Shown here in pieces: positions 14,050 to 27,549 of a stretch of 64,000 nt of DNA. Under the pieces are notes generated by a model that saw nothing but the letters and a program-made list of their open reading frames with translations, did not search any database and had not been told where the DNA came from. A program made the translations under genes and the position numbers. Each line of letters opens with the position of its first letter. Position 1 is the stretch's first letter. Source of the stretch: Raillietiella orientalis (lineage: Eukaryota); assembly GCA_036172245.1 (NCBI GenBank), contig JAYWIR010000019.1, positions 1,302,001-1,366,000 on the forward strand. Reading direction: 5' to 3'.

Positions 14050-15500
14050 TGATATTTTTTTTATAAGTGGTCATGGCTTTCGTTCGTCATTGCTGCTGGA
14101 ACAAGTATCCGCCTGTAGAAGGGTAGAGGAGCGGACGTTTGGACATTCCCTGGAGATTCCTGACTATTTGGACCCCTAAACGGAATCCCTGCTAGGGTCG
14201 GCATCTTCACACGACTGAAAATTGATCTAATCCTACAGAAGACCCAGGCAAAGAGCGACAGTTTGGAACGAAAGGGTGAGTGCGAGTTCGGGACGATCAC
14301 TGTGGGAAGTCGCTGCTTGTTGTCTGGGATTCTCGCTTTACGCATTTCCTTGGAAGATCGTTCCCGAACGCGAGCAGAGCCCTCGTCTTGGTTGTCCTTA
14401 GGAATGGTGCATACCCGCATCATTCTGCACAGCTGTGCTAATTGGAGTCTCTTAGGGAAGATTCCAATACTTGCCGCTTCTGATGTTCGTTTGCTTGTTT
14501 TCGTACCACTCTCCTTCTCAAGTTGAGATTTCCTTGATCTGAAGACCACGGGCAACCACGAAGGTTGCCTTTTGATTTCTTGCTTCTTCGAGGCGAATCG
14601 CTCTTCACGAAGCGCAGCCCCCGACCCCCTCCAAGTCCTCCCTTCTGCACTTCCAAGTCGATTTATTGAAACTGACTTTTGGTAAGGTTCTGCCTCCCGG
14701 AGCAAGAGGGATCCTGTTTCGGATGAATGTCGCTCGCTGGTCCATGATGGAAACAGATGATGCAGATCTCATTTTGCGAAATGGCTCCCTGAGTGCAGGA
14801 ACCATGCACTCGGGACTGCTCCCATCCTGCGTCAGGAAGTGATACCGTGTCATTTGGTAAATTGAACGCTGCTCTTCGGTCGACGCAAACTTTCCCTTCC
14901 CAAAAAGCATCCGCCCTCTTGTCAGCTGAGACGCCGTCCAATCTCCCTCCTTTCTTTCTTTTTTCTTTTGGCAACGACTAAGCGTTCCTGACCGCAGTGG
15001 CAAAGTCTAAACAAGGAGGATTACAGTGAGCTGCCTATCTTCTTAGGTGTGCAACCGTTCTACCGTGATTTTTTGTTGTTGTTCCACGAGTAGCCCCAAG
15101 GATCCTTGCGTGAGAGCAGTAGGTTTCCGGAGATGTGAGCAAAGGCTTGAGGAGATATCCTGGAAGGATCAGGGACATCTGTTTGGAATGAATTCTCGGG
15201 GCCATTAAATTCGGGATATATTTTTTTCCTTTCCTTTTCTGCTCTTGTTTTTGTGCCACTCCCTAGTTGCAGAGGGTGCATATTTTTTCTCGTCTTTCCG
15301 CCATTCTCATCCTTCGACCTTTCCAAGTTGTGCTTTTCTTTTTTTCGTTCTTCGCTGGCAGAGGAGGGGCGAGGATTTATCTGCAGCCCTTCTCGAGGGA
15401 GCTGCTGGAGGTTCTTCTAAGTTCGAAAGATGTTCCCCACATTCCTTGGGGTGAGTGACTGAGAATCAAATGAGAGTGCTCTTCTGTGCTCGCGTCCGGC
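14050..15500 (-). mobile_element. L1-type endonuclease and linker relic
   Basis: YIPNLMAP (NxYAP), ARILGAT, GGRLDGV (SRLD), a basic helical linker, then ESPGNV..PFY (SPG.DG..EFY-like). Confidence 0.45.
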
Positions 15501-15699
15501 GGAAGAGAAAGAAGTGGAAGCCCCGAAACTCGTTGGTAAACGAATCTAGGTAGCTCCCTGGGAATGAAAGGGGCAGGTCAGTTGGAACATTAGGGGTACA
15601 CATCTACACTAATAACAATCAAGGAGGGAGGAGGGATGCAGACCGATCAAATGGGAGATAGCATCGGAGGCGGGAAAGGGAAGACTTTGAGAAATACAC

Positions 15700-16880
15700 A
15701 AAAATCAATACACGAAGGGAGCGAAGTGTTTGGCCCTATTTCTTGTTCCTGCAATCGATGGAAATTCGAACCAGATTAATCAGGGAGCACACGAGGCGCT
15801 TGGTTTCCCACGTCAGCCTCCGTATGACGTAATCAGGACGTGTCGAATGCGGAAGGTGAGCTGTCGAGGGATCCTCGTTCCCGTCCAGGATCCTCGACCG
15901 CGCCAGATCTGAGCAGGAGCAAAGATCCGCTCTCCTGGACTTTTTTAGAGGCGGCATTCCCGGATTTTTCCGTCTCGCATCGGAATTTCCTGGACGGAAA
16001 GGTCATGAGAGGAGGTAGGGAGGCGCCCCGCGAGCGGTCCTCGTTGGATCATCTCGAAACCATCACCGCCAGCATCCGCGTAAATTTCGTCCAGACAGAA
16101 GAAGAAGCGCCTACCAAGTGCGAGGCGCGGCTAAGTTTCCTCGGAATCGCAGCGGCAGTGACGCCGTTCGGTTGCCATGGTCCGTGTTCATGCCACCGCT
16201 GCGATCGAAAACAAGGAACTCAATCAGGCCGGTGTCCTTCTGTGATGAGCGCAGAAGGGATGCAGAGGAAGGGACCACTTGAAGTTTACGTACTGGAGTA
16301 AATCATGAATGGATTGTTCGCAGATTTGTACAGATTGCTTATCCCGGAGAGCCGCTTTCAGCTGCTGAAGAATACTCTTTGAAATCCGGTGGTTAATTCG
16401 ACAAGAGATCAGCGTTGGGTTTCCTCCTCTCAGCAAGCACCGAAAGGGTTTCGTGCTGACGTGAGGTCCACACCTTTTCTCTGCTCTCCGTTGGGACGTG
16501 GCGGAAAACGGGATGGTGGTCTCTCGTTGTGTTCAAGATGGAAAAGTTGATTCAGAAACGAGATCCTCCTCTTCCTCGTGGGTGTTCCACCGAGACTGCA
16601 ATGCCACGGCTTAGGGGCTGCGGTGGCGTCTGTCGAGTCCAACGTTCTTCCTTTGGGCGGAAAGTGAATTCGGAGGGATTCTGCAGAGAAGCAAATTTCG
16701 CATCGCAGTCGCCGTCATCATCAAAACAGGAGAACTGGGGGCAAACCTTTTTAGAAGGGAATTCGTGAGCGGGGCAACCAACGAGGGGGGAAATTCATGT
16801 TTGCTAGCGCCCGCTGTTCTCAGTTCGGCTGGAGACCTTGCGGTTCACAACAGTGGGTCATAGCGCGTCAGCAACATGAG
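15700..16880 (+). mobile_element. L1-type ORF1 (CCHC knuckle) and start of the endonuclease
   Basis: ORF 15840-16301 reads FLDGKV..TITASIRV..P..FLG..GPCSCHRCDRKQGTQSGRCP, a CX2CX4HX4C-like knuckle. A GFCREAN (LQET-like) relic follows. Confidence 0.55.
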
Positions 16881-16899
16881 GGCAACGCAGCCGGTTGAC

Positions 16900-18300
16900 G
16901 GCTTCGGGAGTTTGTCTCAGGTATTCGGTCTTCCTTGTGGGAAGAGGCGCGCTCAAGAAAGCAAGTGGGGGAGGAGAACCGCGCTCACTGCACACTGTGG
17001 TGCACCAGCTTTTTTTTTTTTTTTGTTTTCGTTCCCATCTCTCTCACGCATGCGCGTACAGGATGGGTTTGGAACGAACTGCAGGATGGCTGAGCTAACG
17101 ATAGCCCTAGGGCGCACAAGGTGGCCCCTGAAAAATATCCCCTGAAAGGATTTCGTGTGTGCTTAGCAGCGCTTCGAAAGAAGGTCGCATGGAAACCAAA
17201 CAAGAATTCAGTGCAAATATCGGCAATACTGGCAATGTTTCCACGACTTTCGAGAGGTGCACTGTTGCTTTCGATTGTATTTGCATTGATTCTGTTTGGT
17301 GTGGTCCATAATTTTGAGGTCAACTCGAAGGCATTTCTGGTTCCTCCGTTCCTTGACGTGGATCCAATGCTGCTGTCTGTTGAGACTTTGGAGATAACCA
17401 TGACCCTGCCCCCTGAAAAGGGGAGAAGCCAAATAAAAAACGGGGAAAGCTCTCGGACTTCGTTTTGTCCTGATTGTCATTTCAATGATTTTTTTTAGCT
17501 TTCATCGTTTCACGATCGGAAGCAACGAACCGGAAGCAACCCACGCTCTGGCGCGAGATGGCGAAAACTGAGCTTTCCGTCCCGCCGGAGGCCGAAGCAG
17601 ACGGCAACTCGCTCCATCTCGTCGGGGCGAACACCGGCAGGTGCGCCCACATCTCGGAACGGTGAAACGGACTGGGATGCACACACCGGCTGGAATGCAG
17701 AGGCTGGCGGAAGCGGAGTGCACTTCAAGCCCGTGCACTTAGCCACAGTTTTTGTTCCTTCCGAGAAGGCCAGTTCTCCGGGTACCACGCTCTCCACTAC
17801 CCGGCTGGTGGTGGTCGTGCGTTTGCTGCAGTGGGACAGGAGAGAAGCCGCGATATACTCGAAGACTTCCTTCGCCATGCTGTTCAAAACGGCACGTTCC
17901 TGCTGGAGATATCTACATCCGGATGCACCTACTTCACAACTTTATAGGTGTGGATGGCTTAACTCTCCTTTCTCTCTCATCTCTTCTTCTTCTTGACCCC
18001 CTTCGTAGTGTTCTTCCGCGTCTTGACTTCGGAGCCGTTGCGGATCCACATAGAAACACACTCACTACACTCCCCAGGCAACTGTGCTGCGTGACGTCCG
18101 CGGAAAGGAGGGAAGAGCACTCCTAGCCACGAAGTACGAACCTCAACCACACACGGCTTTCTGTGCCGGCCTCTACAAGCCTATCCTTAATAGCTCCCAG
18201 ACTCGAGGTCTCTGCCGAGCTCCGCCGGCGGTGCTCTCATTTCACCAGACTGCACACCACGTGCGGAGGAAGACAACACACGGAGGTGTTCTTGAGTGAG
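16900..18300 (+). mobile_element. Decayed hAT transposase fragment
   Basis: KASSPGTTLST..VVVVRLL (~17765) matches PGATLS..VILVWW of the other hAT relics. An intron-like segment at 17421-17498 lies at the equivalent position (donor decayed to GG, acceptor ttttttag|ct). Confidence 0.45.
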
Positions 18301-19701
18301 CGTGCTTGCGACATGGACCCTCCGGGGTCCCTCCAGGATCAAGGAGACAAGTTCCCTTCGGAATTCCTCTCCGGATGTGCGAATGAAGCCGTACCCCCCC
18401 CCCTCCCCCTAAGAAGAAGACCCTCCATCAAGCACCATGGAGCTGATGGATTGATGCCTCTCCAGCGCGTGAAGAAACGCGCTGCTCCCCTCGGGGAGCG
18501 ACCCTGCAAGGAAATTGGAAAGAGTTCTTTCGGGGCTCCCTTCAGAGGAGCAATCAAGGAGCAGATCCTTTCCAGGTACTCACTTGAGAAGAAATAATAA
18601 AACGATCCCTTCCGGGGGGTCCCTCCGGACAGAATAAGAAAAGGAGTTCGTTCCCCTTGAGCTTCCTTTGGAGGCTATGAAGGATGAAGCTGCCTGCAAC
18701 TCGGCATCCACGCCCGCTGCTCACTGCGGAAGATCCCGGAGTGCCCCAGCATGAGCACGTGGGAGGAGCGGACCCGCTCGCGGCAACGATGCCCTTCCCG
18801 AGGAGGGCACTTGGCGGCAGCCAAACTCCGAGGTGGAAAGTCTCCTGAGAGAACGCAGACAAAGGGAAGCTGAAGAGTGGATAGACTGTGGGGCAGCTGG
18901 CAGATGCTGCGACCCCGAGTGCCCTTCCACGAGAACTACAGCTGTGGAACGAGCTGCTCGGGATTCTTAGAGAAGACCTGGAGTGGTCCCTGGTGTCCAA
19001 GAACAGCAGCGCCCTCCCTTTGAAGTGGCGGGAGTCGGCACTTCTGCTGTTGCACTGGGATCTTTGCTGCTGCGCGCGCCGATTACCGCTGGACGCTGGG
19101 GAGGGTGGGTCCGGACTGTCGCACGTGCGGGGCGGAACGGGAATCCCTCCCGCACCTGCTCGCGGATCGTGTTGCCCCCAGCCCCTATGGGAACGTTTTG
19201 CAACGACCCACACTACGGATCCCGATTGGTATTAGGTACCCCCCTCCAAGGGACGTTTTACGGCTCCTCTCCGTGCGGGATGCCTTGCAGCCAGCCGCAG
19301 CCCCAGCAGCGCTTTGCTGCATCCGCCAGATTGCGAAGGCCTGGAGCCAAGCCTGCAGAGAAAGAAACGGGAGGGACGCCGTCCATTCCGCAGTTCGCTT
19401 TCCGCGGATAGCGGCCAGATGGCCTGGTCTACCTGGAACCTATTCGGATGGACCTAGCTGACATCCTAGAATAGCTGCAGAGGACTGACTCCAGTGGACA
19501 GTGGTCTCTTTTCGACGCATCCCAAGACTTTTGTTTCTTTTTATTTTCTCCCGTCCCCCTCCGCAATCGAGGAAAACCCCTTCGGTCGGCGTACGGCGAC
19601 CCAGTAGGTCCGTGGACAGACGGGTTGCGGTAGGACCACGCGTCCTACCACAATATAGGAGTTCATTTTCAATTTTAGTGAACGCCCTCCGGCGTGTCCG
19701 G
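18300..19701 (+). mobile_element. 5'-truncated L1/Tx1 3' end (zinc finger and structured 3' UTR)
   Basis: DAATP..LPLKWRESALLLLHWDL, CRTCGAERESLPHLL and RDALQPAAAPAALCCI; clearly homologous to 60530-61310. Confidence 0.85.
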
Positions 19702-19849
19702 CTGGAAATCGGAGACGACCAGGGAGAGGGTTCCCTTCGGAGTTTCCCTACCGAGCGTAAGAGGAACAGACTCTTTCCTTCAGAGCTCGTCCTGGATGTT
19801 TAGGGTGGTTCCTACGAGGTTACCCCTTATAACTTGAATAGTTGCGGAC

Positions 19850-22666
19850 ACCCCAGGGTGAAGTGGGCAGTGGTGAAGAGCTTCGTGTGCCTCTATGCGA
19901 ACGGTTCTTCAGTACTTAAAGAACAGAAGAAAAAACAAAACCCCAAAACTGAAGAAATCTGGAAGAAAAGCAGCAAAAGGATTTCCATCATTCTGAAAGC
20001 AACACAGATTATCCACATGCGAGAACGCGATCGTGCTGTGCTTATGGCGTAAATACTCCAGCTTCGCGCGGACCACCCCTTACTCCGTCGGAGAAAGATC
20101 GGGAAGCTCGTGTCTCAAGAGGGACTTGAGGTTCGCTCCGTTAAAACTCCCGCTCCTCTGTGACCAATATGTGGGGATGGTCCCGGACCATCGTCTGGAA
20201 GCGGAAATCACGACTGCAAGGGAAGCGAAAATCACTCGCCTTACGATCGTGAGCCTGCCCGTGTTCCCTCCAAGGAAGGAGACGTCCTTCATCTGAACTG
20301 GAAGACCGGAAAGTTACTTCCACTGCGCAGTCCGCCGTTTGCAAGAGGTCCACGTCCTCCGACGGTTGTCATCAAGTTAGTACTTCACTAATAATTAGGA
20401 AGAAGTTTCGACGAAAAACAGGAAAATAGTCTGTTGGAATAGTTTATGGCTACACAGGCATAGAAGGTCAGCCAGACTGCTCTCCAGCTACTTTCCACCT
20501 AGGAGGAAGAATTCTCATTGGTTCCCATTCTTGGCAAGTAGGCCCCCTCCTGATCATGGGGAAGTTTCCAGGAGAAGTTTCCATATGTAGAAAGTCAGTA
20601 CTTGTATTCTGAAGAGCTGTCTTAAGGATGATGTGCGATATGTGGCCAGGAAAAAGCCAGCGGGAGATCCGGCGATGAGGTCCGTAGCGACCGCAGCGCG
20701 CACCTTGGAAGACTAACCGAACCGGCCAGCGACTGCGGTTCGCCCCGAAGTTTCCCTCGGAGCAACTGGCGCCCGTCCAAGCGGAAGGAGCAGCAGCGAC
20801 CTAGCCGGTGCGCCTCCTACTCAATGATCTCGATCTGCCCTCGAACCTCCAACGCGTGGAAAGCCTGATTTGACGGAACGCCGAGGCGATCTCAGAGCCG
20901 GCGGATGGGTGGAAGGAGCATCTTCTTGGAGGCAGAACCGGCGCTGCGGAACGATTAAAGCGTCGGGTCACTGAGCGCGACACGAAGCGGATCCCACGGA
21001 AGGTGCCGGTCGCCATGGACGGCAGAACGATGACAACCGAAAAAGCGAGAACCCACAAGAGAGTGTAGGCGCCGGCTCGTCTGCCAGAGCAACTGACGCT
21101 GGGGCGAGGGACGCGCAGGCCTCGAGTACGAACTCGGCCTCCGGGACAGAGCCGTCATCGCCCTCAGGAGTTCCGCCGTTACAGGACGAAGAGTCTCCCA
21201 GGCGTGTCGGCGGGCGCAAGAGACTTTGGGCGCGAGTCTGTCTGAAGCCACTGCCACCGGCGGACATCTCGGTGATGGCAGCAAACGCTCCAACGAACAG
21301 CACCGGACGTCTATGCGAGTAGCCCTCGGGCGCAGTTCGGCCGACTCCGAGTCCCCGGACGAATGCGAGCTGCTGATCCTCGAACCAGCTGATGCCGGGA
21401 GGCGAATCGCCCAGACCAGGCGCTCGGGAACGCGAGTCCGGGGTCGGTCAGGACGCTGCCTGCCCACGCGGGAGGCGGTCGGCGGCCTCGAAAGAGGCGA
21501 GGCGAAGAAAAGAGGCGGAGCGCGGGGAGCCGTTCACTCCTCGTTGCGACGGGGAGGCGTGAAGAGCCGGTGCACTCCTGGGACGGCGACGAAGGAGGGC
21601 AGAGAGTCCGGGAACCACAGTCAGCCACGCTCACGGGCAGGAAGGAGGCGCACTGGGGAGGGAGGTCGTAGCCCCGGGCGACGACGCGCGTGCTGTGCCC
21701 GGACGCCGCACGGCGACACAGCAGCAGGCGATGGAAAACGGGTTGTGCCGCCGGCACGCAGGATGCGCTCGGGGCCTCAAAGTGACCCTCGGAGTCGCAG
21801 GGAAACTGCCCCGTCCAGTAAGCTCCGCGCGTGCGTAGGGCTTGCGCCGGAAGAGCGCTGTCAACGACTCCTTTAAAAAGAGGCGCGGTGACCCGAGAGC
21901 CTCTTGCTGTCCGTTCTCTGCACGGAAGGGACGGCGGGCCTCGTCACCAAGGGCAGCGTGCCTGAAAAGCATGAGGTCGGCCTCTTCTCTGCTGCATCCG
22001 ACGAGGTAGTCCCGAGGACGTTTGTGGGCAGACGGAGCTGTGGGCCGGAACTGAGGACCAAACCCTGGCATTTCGATCCATCCTCTGTGGAAGTCACGGA
22101 AGTTACCGCTTTGGTGCCCGGGGAACACGAACGAGTGGACGGTCCAGGACGAGCAGCTATGGGAACGCCTTCGACCGGGCAACCCAATGGCGCACACACA
22201 CATAGATCTCTGTGGGCAGCCACCCCAGGGACGTTTTTCGTCTTCTCTTCGTGAGGGATGCCCTGCAACCAGCCGCAACTCTGAAAGCACTTTGCTGCGT
22301 TCTAGGTATTGTGACTGGCTGGAGGGAAGTCAGAAGGCCAAGCAACGAGAGGGATGCCGTCGAACTCCTGCTAGTCCACTACCTGCAGAGTGCGACCAGA
22401 TGGCCCCACCTGGGCAGAATTCGGATGGATCCCGACGGCGTCCTGCAAAGGATGGAACCTCCTCCTAGTGGTGTGTGATCCCTTCCCAGCCCACCAAAAT
22501 CTTATTTTGTTTCTGTTTTACTTTTCATCCCCTTCCACTGCCGAGGAGAGTCACGCTGGTCTGCGTCCCGGCAGATCCGGCGTCGTGATGGCCGTTAGTG
22601 GGGCCTTGTACCACATTTTGTAATGACTTTGTGAAGACTTTGAATAAACGTCCCGGCGTATCCGGG
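19850..22666 (+). mobile_element. Internally deleted L1: ORF1 and EN relics joined to a 3' end
   Basis: The 3' end at 22200-22666 is clearly homologous (RDALQPAATLKALCC..RDAV..RWPHLGRIRMDPDG, then the UTR). Upstream relics are weaker: knuckle-like AVCKRSTSSDGC (~20335), HLGDG, and LEPADAGRR. No RT motifs seen between them. Confidence 0.6.
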
Positions 22667-22669
22667 TGG

Positions 22670-25600
22670 CAACATGAAATCCTCTGGATGCCTGGGTCGT
22701 CTGGGTCGGGTCCCTGGGGGCAGCCAGACTGGGTCAGCGCTAGTGATAGGAGGGCTGCACTGCAAGGATTCTTTCGGGCTGCCATCTCCACTCTCCACTT
22801 TCTTCGTGCTTCCGTGTGGCGACAGCTAGCCACCGCATCTGACGCGAGATCCAAGGAGGTCCGCGTTCGAGCTGCCAGGTGGCGTCTTGGATCCGATCGA
22901 TCGGCGAGTGGTAGGGGGCGTTTGCTGCGTCATCACCTCGTGCATGACGTCGCCCCACGGCGGGAAAACTCCCTCCCGTTTCCCGGGATATCGATTCCAG
23001 TTGTTTGCTCCTCTTCGAGGTGCTTTCTCCTCCTCCCCAGTGTTGGGAAAGCCGCAGCGGGATGGGAAACCATCCCGTTTTACCGTTCGGAGCTCAAGAC
23101 TCCGCGGTCCGTTTCGAGTTGGAACTCGCTTTCCCAGAGGGAGAGTGGGAAAATCGCGGAGACGCTCCCGAGCGTTGCTGCGGCCTGCCCGAAGTTCCCT
23201 CCATCCCCTCCTGCGGAGAGTGTTTGTCTTCCGGGGAACGTGACGTGACAGTTCCCGCTTGGCCTGCTTCTTTCCTCTTCCTTTGCTCTCTCCCCAACGG
23301 AAGTCTGCGGAGCCTTTGAAACACAGGACATTACTCGCCTTCCTGCTTGATAGCCTCGGATTTCGGCCACTTGAGGAATCTCTTTTTTTCCCCCACCTCT
23401 GAGAACAGCTGCGCACGTCAGCTGGCGGCCGGGACGATTTCCAGTGGGTGGATCCTCTGGTGCTCTTTCGATGGAGGAAATGGCACTTTGACCTGAGAGC
23501 GCCATTGCCGCCACCGTCGAATGCCGGAAGCAGTTGCTGCCGAGTGTACGGAATGCCTTCCTTCTTTGTGTTCTTCCGGGAAAGCAACCACGGTTCGGGA
23601 GAAGCGCGCAATCGGCGACCGAGGTTTTCCATCTGCATCCACCGTGCATTCATTTGGTTGCCTCTCCTCCTTCCTAATCCATCCGAGGAGCCTGCAATCT
23701 TGGTCTGCTCTCTCCTCTCTTTTCTGAGACGAACGCCCGTGCAACAGCGGCAACGCCATCTGCCGCCGCTCCCATCGGCGTAGGTGACGGGGCGCTCCAG
23801 CGACGAGCTTCTGGCGTGCTTAGAGGGAATGAATCCATCCCCAGGTACTCAGGACGACTCGCTGCGTATCTCGTTTCCAAGCGCCCACCCTCATCCTTAC
23901 GCCCAACTTGCACTCACCCCTCCTCGCTGGCAGGAGTTCAAACGAGGGACCTATGGGGCGACAGGTCTAACCCTCTCTGATGTGAGCAGGGGAGCGTCCG
24001 AGGTCACAGCCGTACCCACACAGGGACTGCTCCCGGACGTGTGACATCCCATTTTGCTCTCGATCAAAGTCTCAAGCTCCTTCGACGACGATGATCACCG
24101 CAGGCCATGGACGTGAAGAGACAAATCAAGGTTGGTCATTTCGATTTCGCGGCTGACTGGGCCGTTCATGCACCAGGAGGCGTTGAGGCATCGCTCGCCA
24201 CACGCATCTTCGCGCGTGCTTCCAGGCTGCGAAAGGGAGGAGACGATCCTGGTCGTTTGTTGCCATGTGTGCGCTCATCTCGCCTCGATGCTCCTTCGCG
24301 GTCAGCCTGTCTATTCGGAGGAATTTGCTTGCTGCTACTTCGTCCTCCTCTTCCCTCCTCCTCGTCCTTCGAATTAGAAGCTCCGCTCCTCGAATGTTTG
24401 GTCCCTCTGGTCTGGGGAACTCACCGTCCACTTCAACCCTGGCATGCTCCATGGGAACGGGTTCCTCAGTTCCCCTGCACGCTCGCATCTTCCTCTCCTT
24501 TTATTCGAACATATTCTGTGGCCCTGAGTGGGAGCGGCATAGGTCTTCGGAGCAGATCTGACTTCGTCGACGTGAGAGCATCCTCATTGAGCCTGGGTAG
24601 TAATTTGGAATCTGGGAATGATTGGTTCGAAGGACTCCTCTTCCCCTTATTCATGGGAGATTCCCTGAAGAAAATACATTCCAACTTCCTACGACTTCAT
24701 CTTCTTCCGTCCCCCCCCCCCCTCGCTTCAAAGATAAGTTCTCTCGTTTGGGGAATTGTCTTTCCTAGCCCTGCTGCTCCAGAACTCTGAAGCTCCTTCC
24801 CGAGATGCAGAAGCCTCATATTAATCTCTTTCATAACTCCAGATTGAATTCCGCGCTTGAGAACGAACCCCAGAAGATGGGACCGGCATTCATTATGGCT
24901 GCCTGGGAAGTTACGACGAAGCATCCTCACCCTCCGCGTCCCCTCTCTTCTCTCATTCCCTGTGCGAAGTCTCGAAAGCAGGCTAGGAAGTATCTCGGGA
25001 AGCGGGCGCGGGCGCGGATCCAGGTCTTCCGGTGCGCTCTTGGGACCGCTGTGGTGCGTTACCGGGATCCGTTTCAGCGATACGAGCAGCGGTCGGAGGA
25101 ACGGACCGCGTTCAATTGCCTCCACCACCCACCCGCCTCCACGCTTTCGCGAGCTTGCGCAGCCCCTGCACTGCTCCGCGCTCGGAATGTTGGCGCGAGA
25201 GTTTCCCGAAATACGGTGAGCGCCTGGTATGCGCGGACAACGCACGCGCTGACGCGGTTTCTTCCACGCGGTCTCGCCGTGGAGAAGACGTTTGGACGCT
25301 GGAGGGTAAGAGAGCCAGCGTGCCGCCCTTGGCTGGAGCGCCGTCGCCCGGCCTCTTAAAATTCCCCGCGCTGGCAGCAGCTCTTCGAAAGACAACCCTT
25401 CGTTTGTAGACACCTTTCCTCAGAGACCTTCGAAGAACGCAAGGCGGAATCCCAATGGAGGATCCCTTCGCCCTCAACTTCGAAGTAAAAGTTCCGGCGA
25501 GGCGACGGAGACCCCGTAGCAGCTCCCTCCAGGCGACAATGCCATTTGAGGCTCAGGAAACTCCCCCAAGGCGGCGATAGCACGCTCCAGGGAGCTGGAA

Positions 25601-27000
25601 CATGCTGCCGCCGCCTTGAGGGAGTTTTTCTGGGGCGCACTTTCAAGACTACACGCGCCTCAGGAGAGGAGAAGGAACAGAAAAGGATTTTTCCTGCAGC
25701 CCGATGTGCTCCCTCACACCTTCCAGAAAGCTGCTCTCGAAGATCCCGCTCGGGGACCAGACCGATCTTCGCGGGGTCTTTCGCGAAAACTTTCTGACGG
25801 ATACCCCTGAGCATCGGAGGGCGCAGCAGCAATACTGGAAAGGCAGCAGAGATCTTTAGCGAACGACCTTTCCACGTTGGCGGATATCGCTGAATGTTGT
25901 CGGTTGCCTCCTACCAAGTGCTCAAGCGCAGCCTCCCGATGGCGATCTTCAAAGTACTTCGTGGAGCGCGGCAACAGTACCAGAAAGGCAGCAGCAGTCT
26001 TCAGGTAGAGGACAAGCACCCAACAGACTCCTCCTAGGGATGAACCCATGGAATTCTTCCTTCATTTCCTCTGAAGTCCTTGGAGTCCCCAGTCTCAGAG
26101 GAATCCTCAATCCGACTCTTGCTGTTCCCTCCCTCCTGACCTTCCTCCTGCCGATCGCTCGAAGGCAGCTGCGGTTCTGCAAGAGGGCGGAGGAGGGATG
26201 CGTCGCTTTTCGCAAAACGGGAGCTCTCGGCGGCTGGAGAGGCAGACCAACCGCAGAGCTCTCCTCCGCTCGGGAGAGTCCCCTCCAGGAGGTGGTAGAA
26301 TAAGCCTCTTGCTTCCCTCTTCCTTATTCCCTATTAGCGCGTTCCGTCGCCTCGCTGTTGGCGCGCCGCCAGCAGCGACGCAGCGCGGGGGGGCTTTTCC
26401 TCACATACTTTTGGGGCCGCAACGTGGAAGGCAGGCGCCCGTCGCTGCATCGTCATCAGCGGCTCGGAGGACGTGCCGACTTCGAGCTCCCCGGCCACTT
26501 TATTGGCGGCAGCGTTGACCTACCCCTGTGCGAGGGCCGATCTGTTGCCAAGGTGGGAGAAGACTGCAGTTCCCAGACCCTCTTCGAAGTCTCTCCTGTT
26601 AGATTCTGGCTCCTTTCGTTCCAGGGCCGATACATGTCGAATTTGATTGGTGACCACCGCGCTTTGGCAGGTCACCCAGAGACGAAGTCGCAGCAGCAGG
26701 AGCATCCACATCTTCCTTTCCCTACCGATGCAGGAGGGGACATGTGGCGTCTCAAATGAGAGACCTCCGAATTCCCCTTTCCGGCTGTCGAATCCTTTTT
26801 TCTTGCAAGAGTCCTTCTTCGTGGGCACTCCGGAACTGACCAGGGTCCGGAAGTTTTCCATGGAAGCGGGCCAGATCAGACCGAATGCAACGCACCTAGC
26901 GTTTTGTCCTGCGGGCAGCCACGCCCTTTCCCCTGTCCTGGACGCAAGAGGTGCTCAACGTGGAGCCGCGGTTCCATACCACCAGGAGATACAGCCTGAG
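22670..27000 (-). mobile_element. Near full-length decayed L1 (ORF1 knuckle, EN, RT, C-terminus)
   Basis: Colinear minus-strand relics: TCQ..GGHQSNSTC (~26670), RKATH, LVGGN, RAARWL..KRLLH, RRPMPLPLRATEYVRI (~24540), GYGCDL (YADD-like, ~24010), PEYLG, and LLPAFDGGGNG (LP..GGLG). Confidence 0.7.
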
Positions 27001-27549
27001 ACGCGTCCACTGTTCAGAATCCTCATCGGGCTGCAGCAGGCGGCAAGTCAGCACGGGAAGGCAACAGAGCGACGAACGTGGGATTACTAGAGCCCGGAAC
27101 TGTTGGACCGGGACGCCTTCCTGTGAAAGGATCCAGTGGAACCTTTGCCATCAGATCCTGGAAAAAACTCCTGAAGTGTGATGGATCGAGCCATAAACCA
27201 CACAGCTTGGGATGAGGGAGGGGGAAGAAAATCAACCTTGCGGATCAATCGTAAACGCAGAAATGACTCAAGGTCAGCCACGTGGTAGTGCCGCGCACAT
27301 CCGTTGAGATGGCACCGTAGAAGGTGGAATGAAGCCGCATCACCTGCGGGTGCACTCTTCAAATCATTGGGAGTGGGAGGATGACTGAATCCTTCGACTG
27401 CGTCTCGCGCTTTTCGTCCGGGAGGAGGAGGAGTCGGTCCTTCTGGAACGCGAAAGCTCTTCTGGAATTGACGTCATCTCCTATTTCGAACGGAGGCGTG
27501 CCGATCCGGATCTGATCTCTCATTCACAGGATTCGCCATTTGTTTGGGG

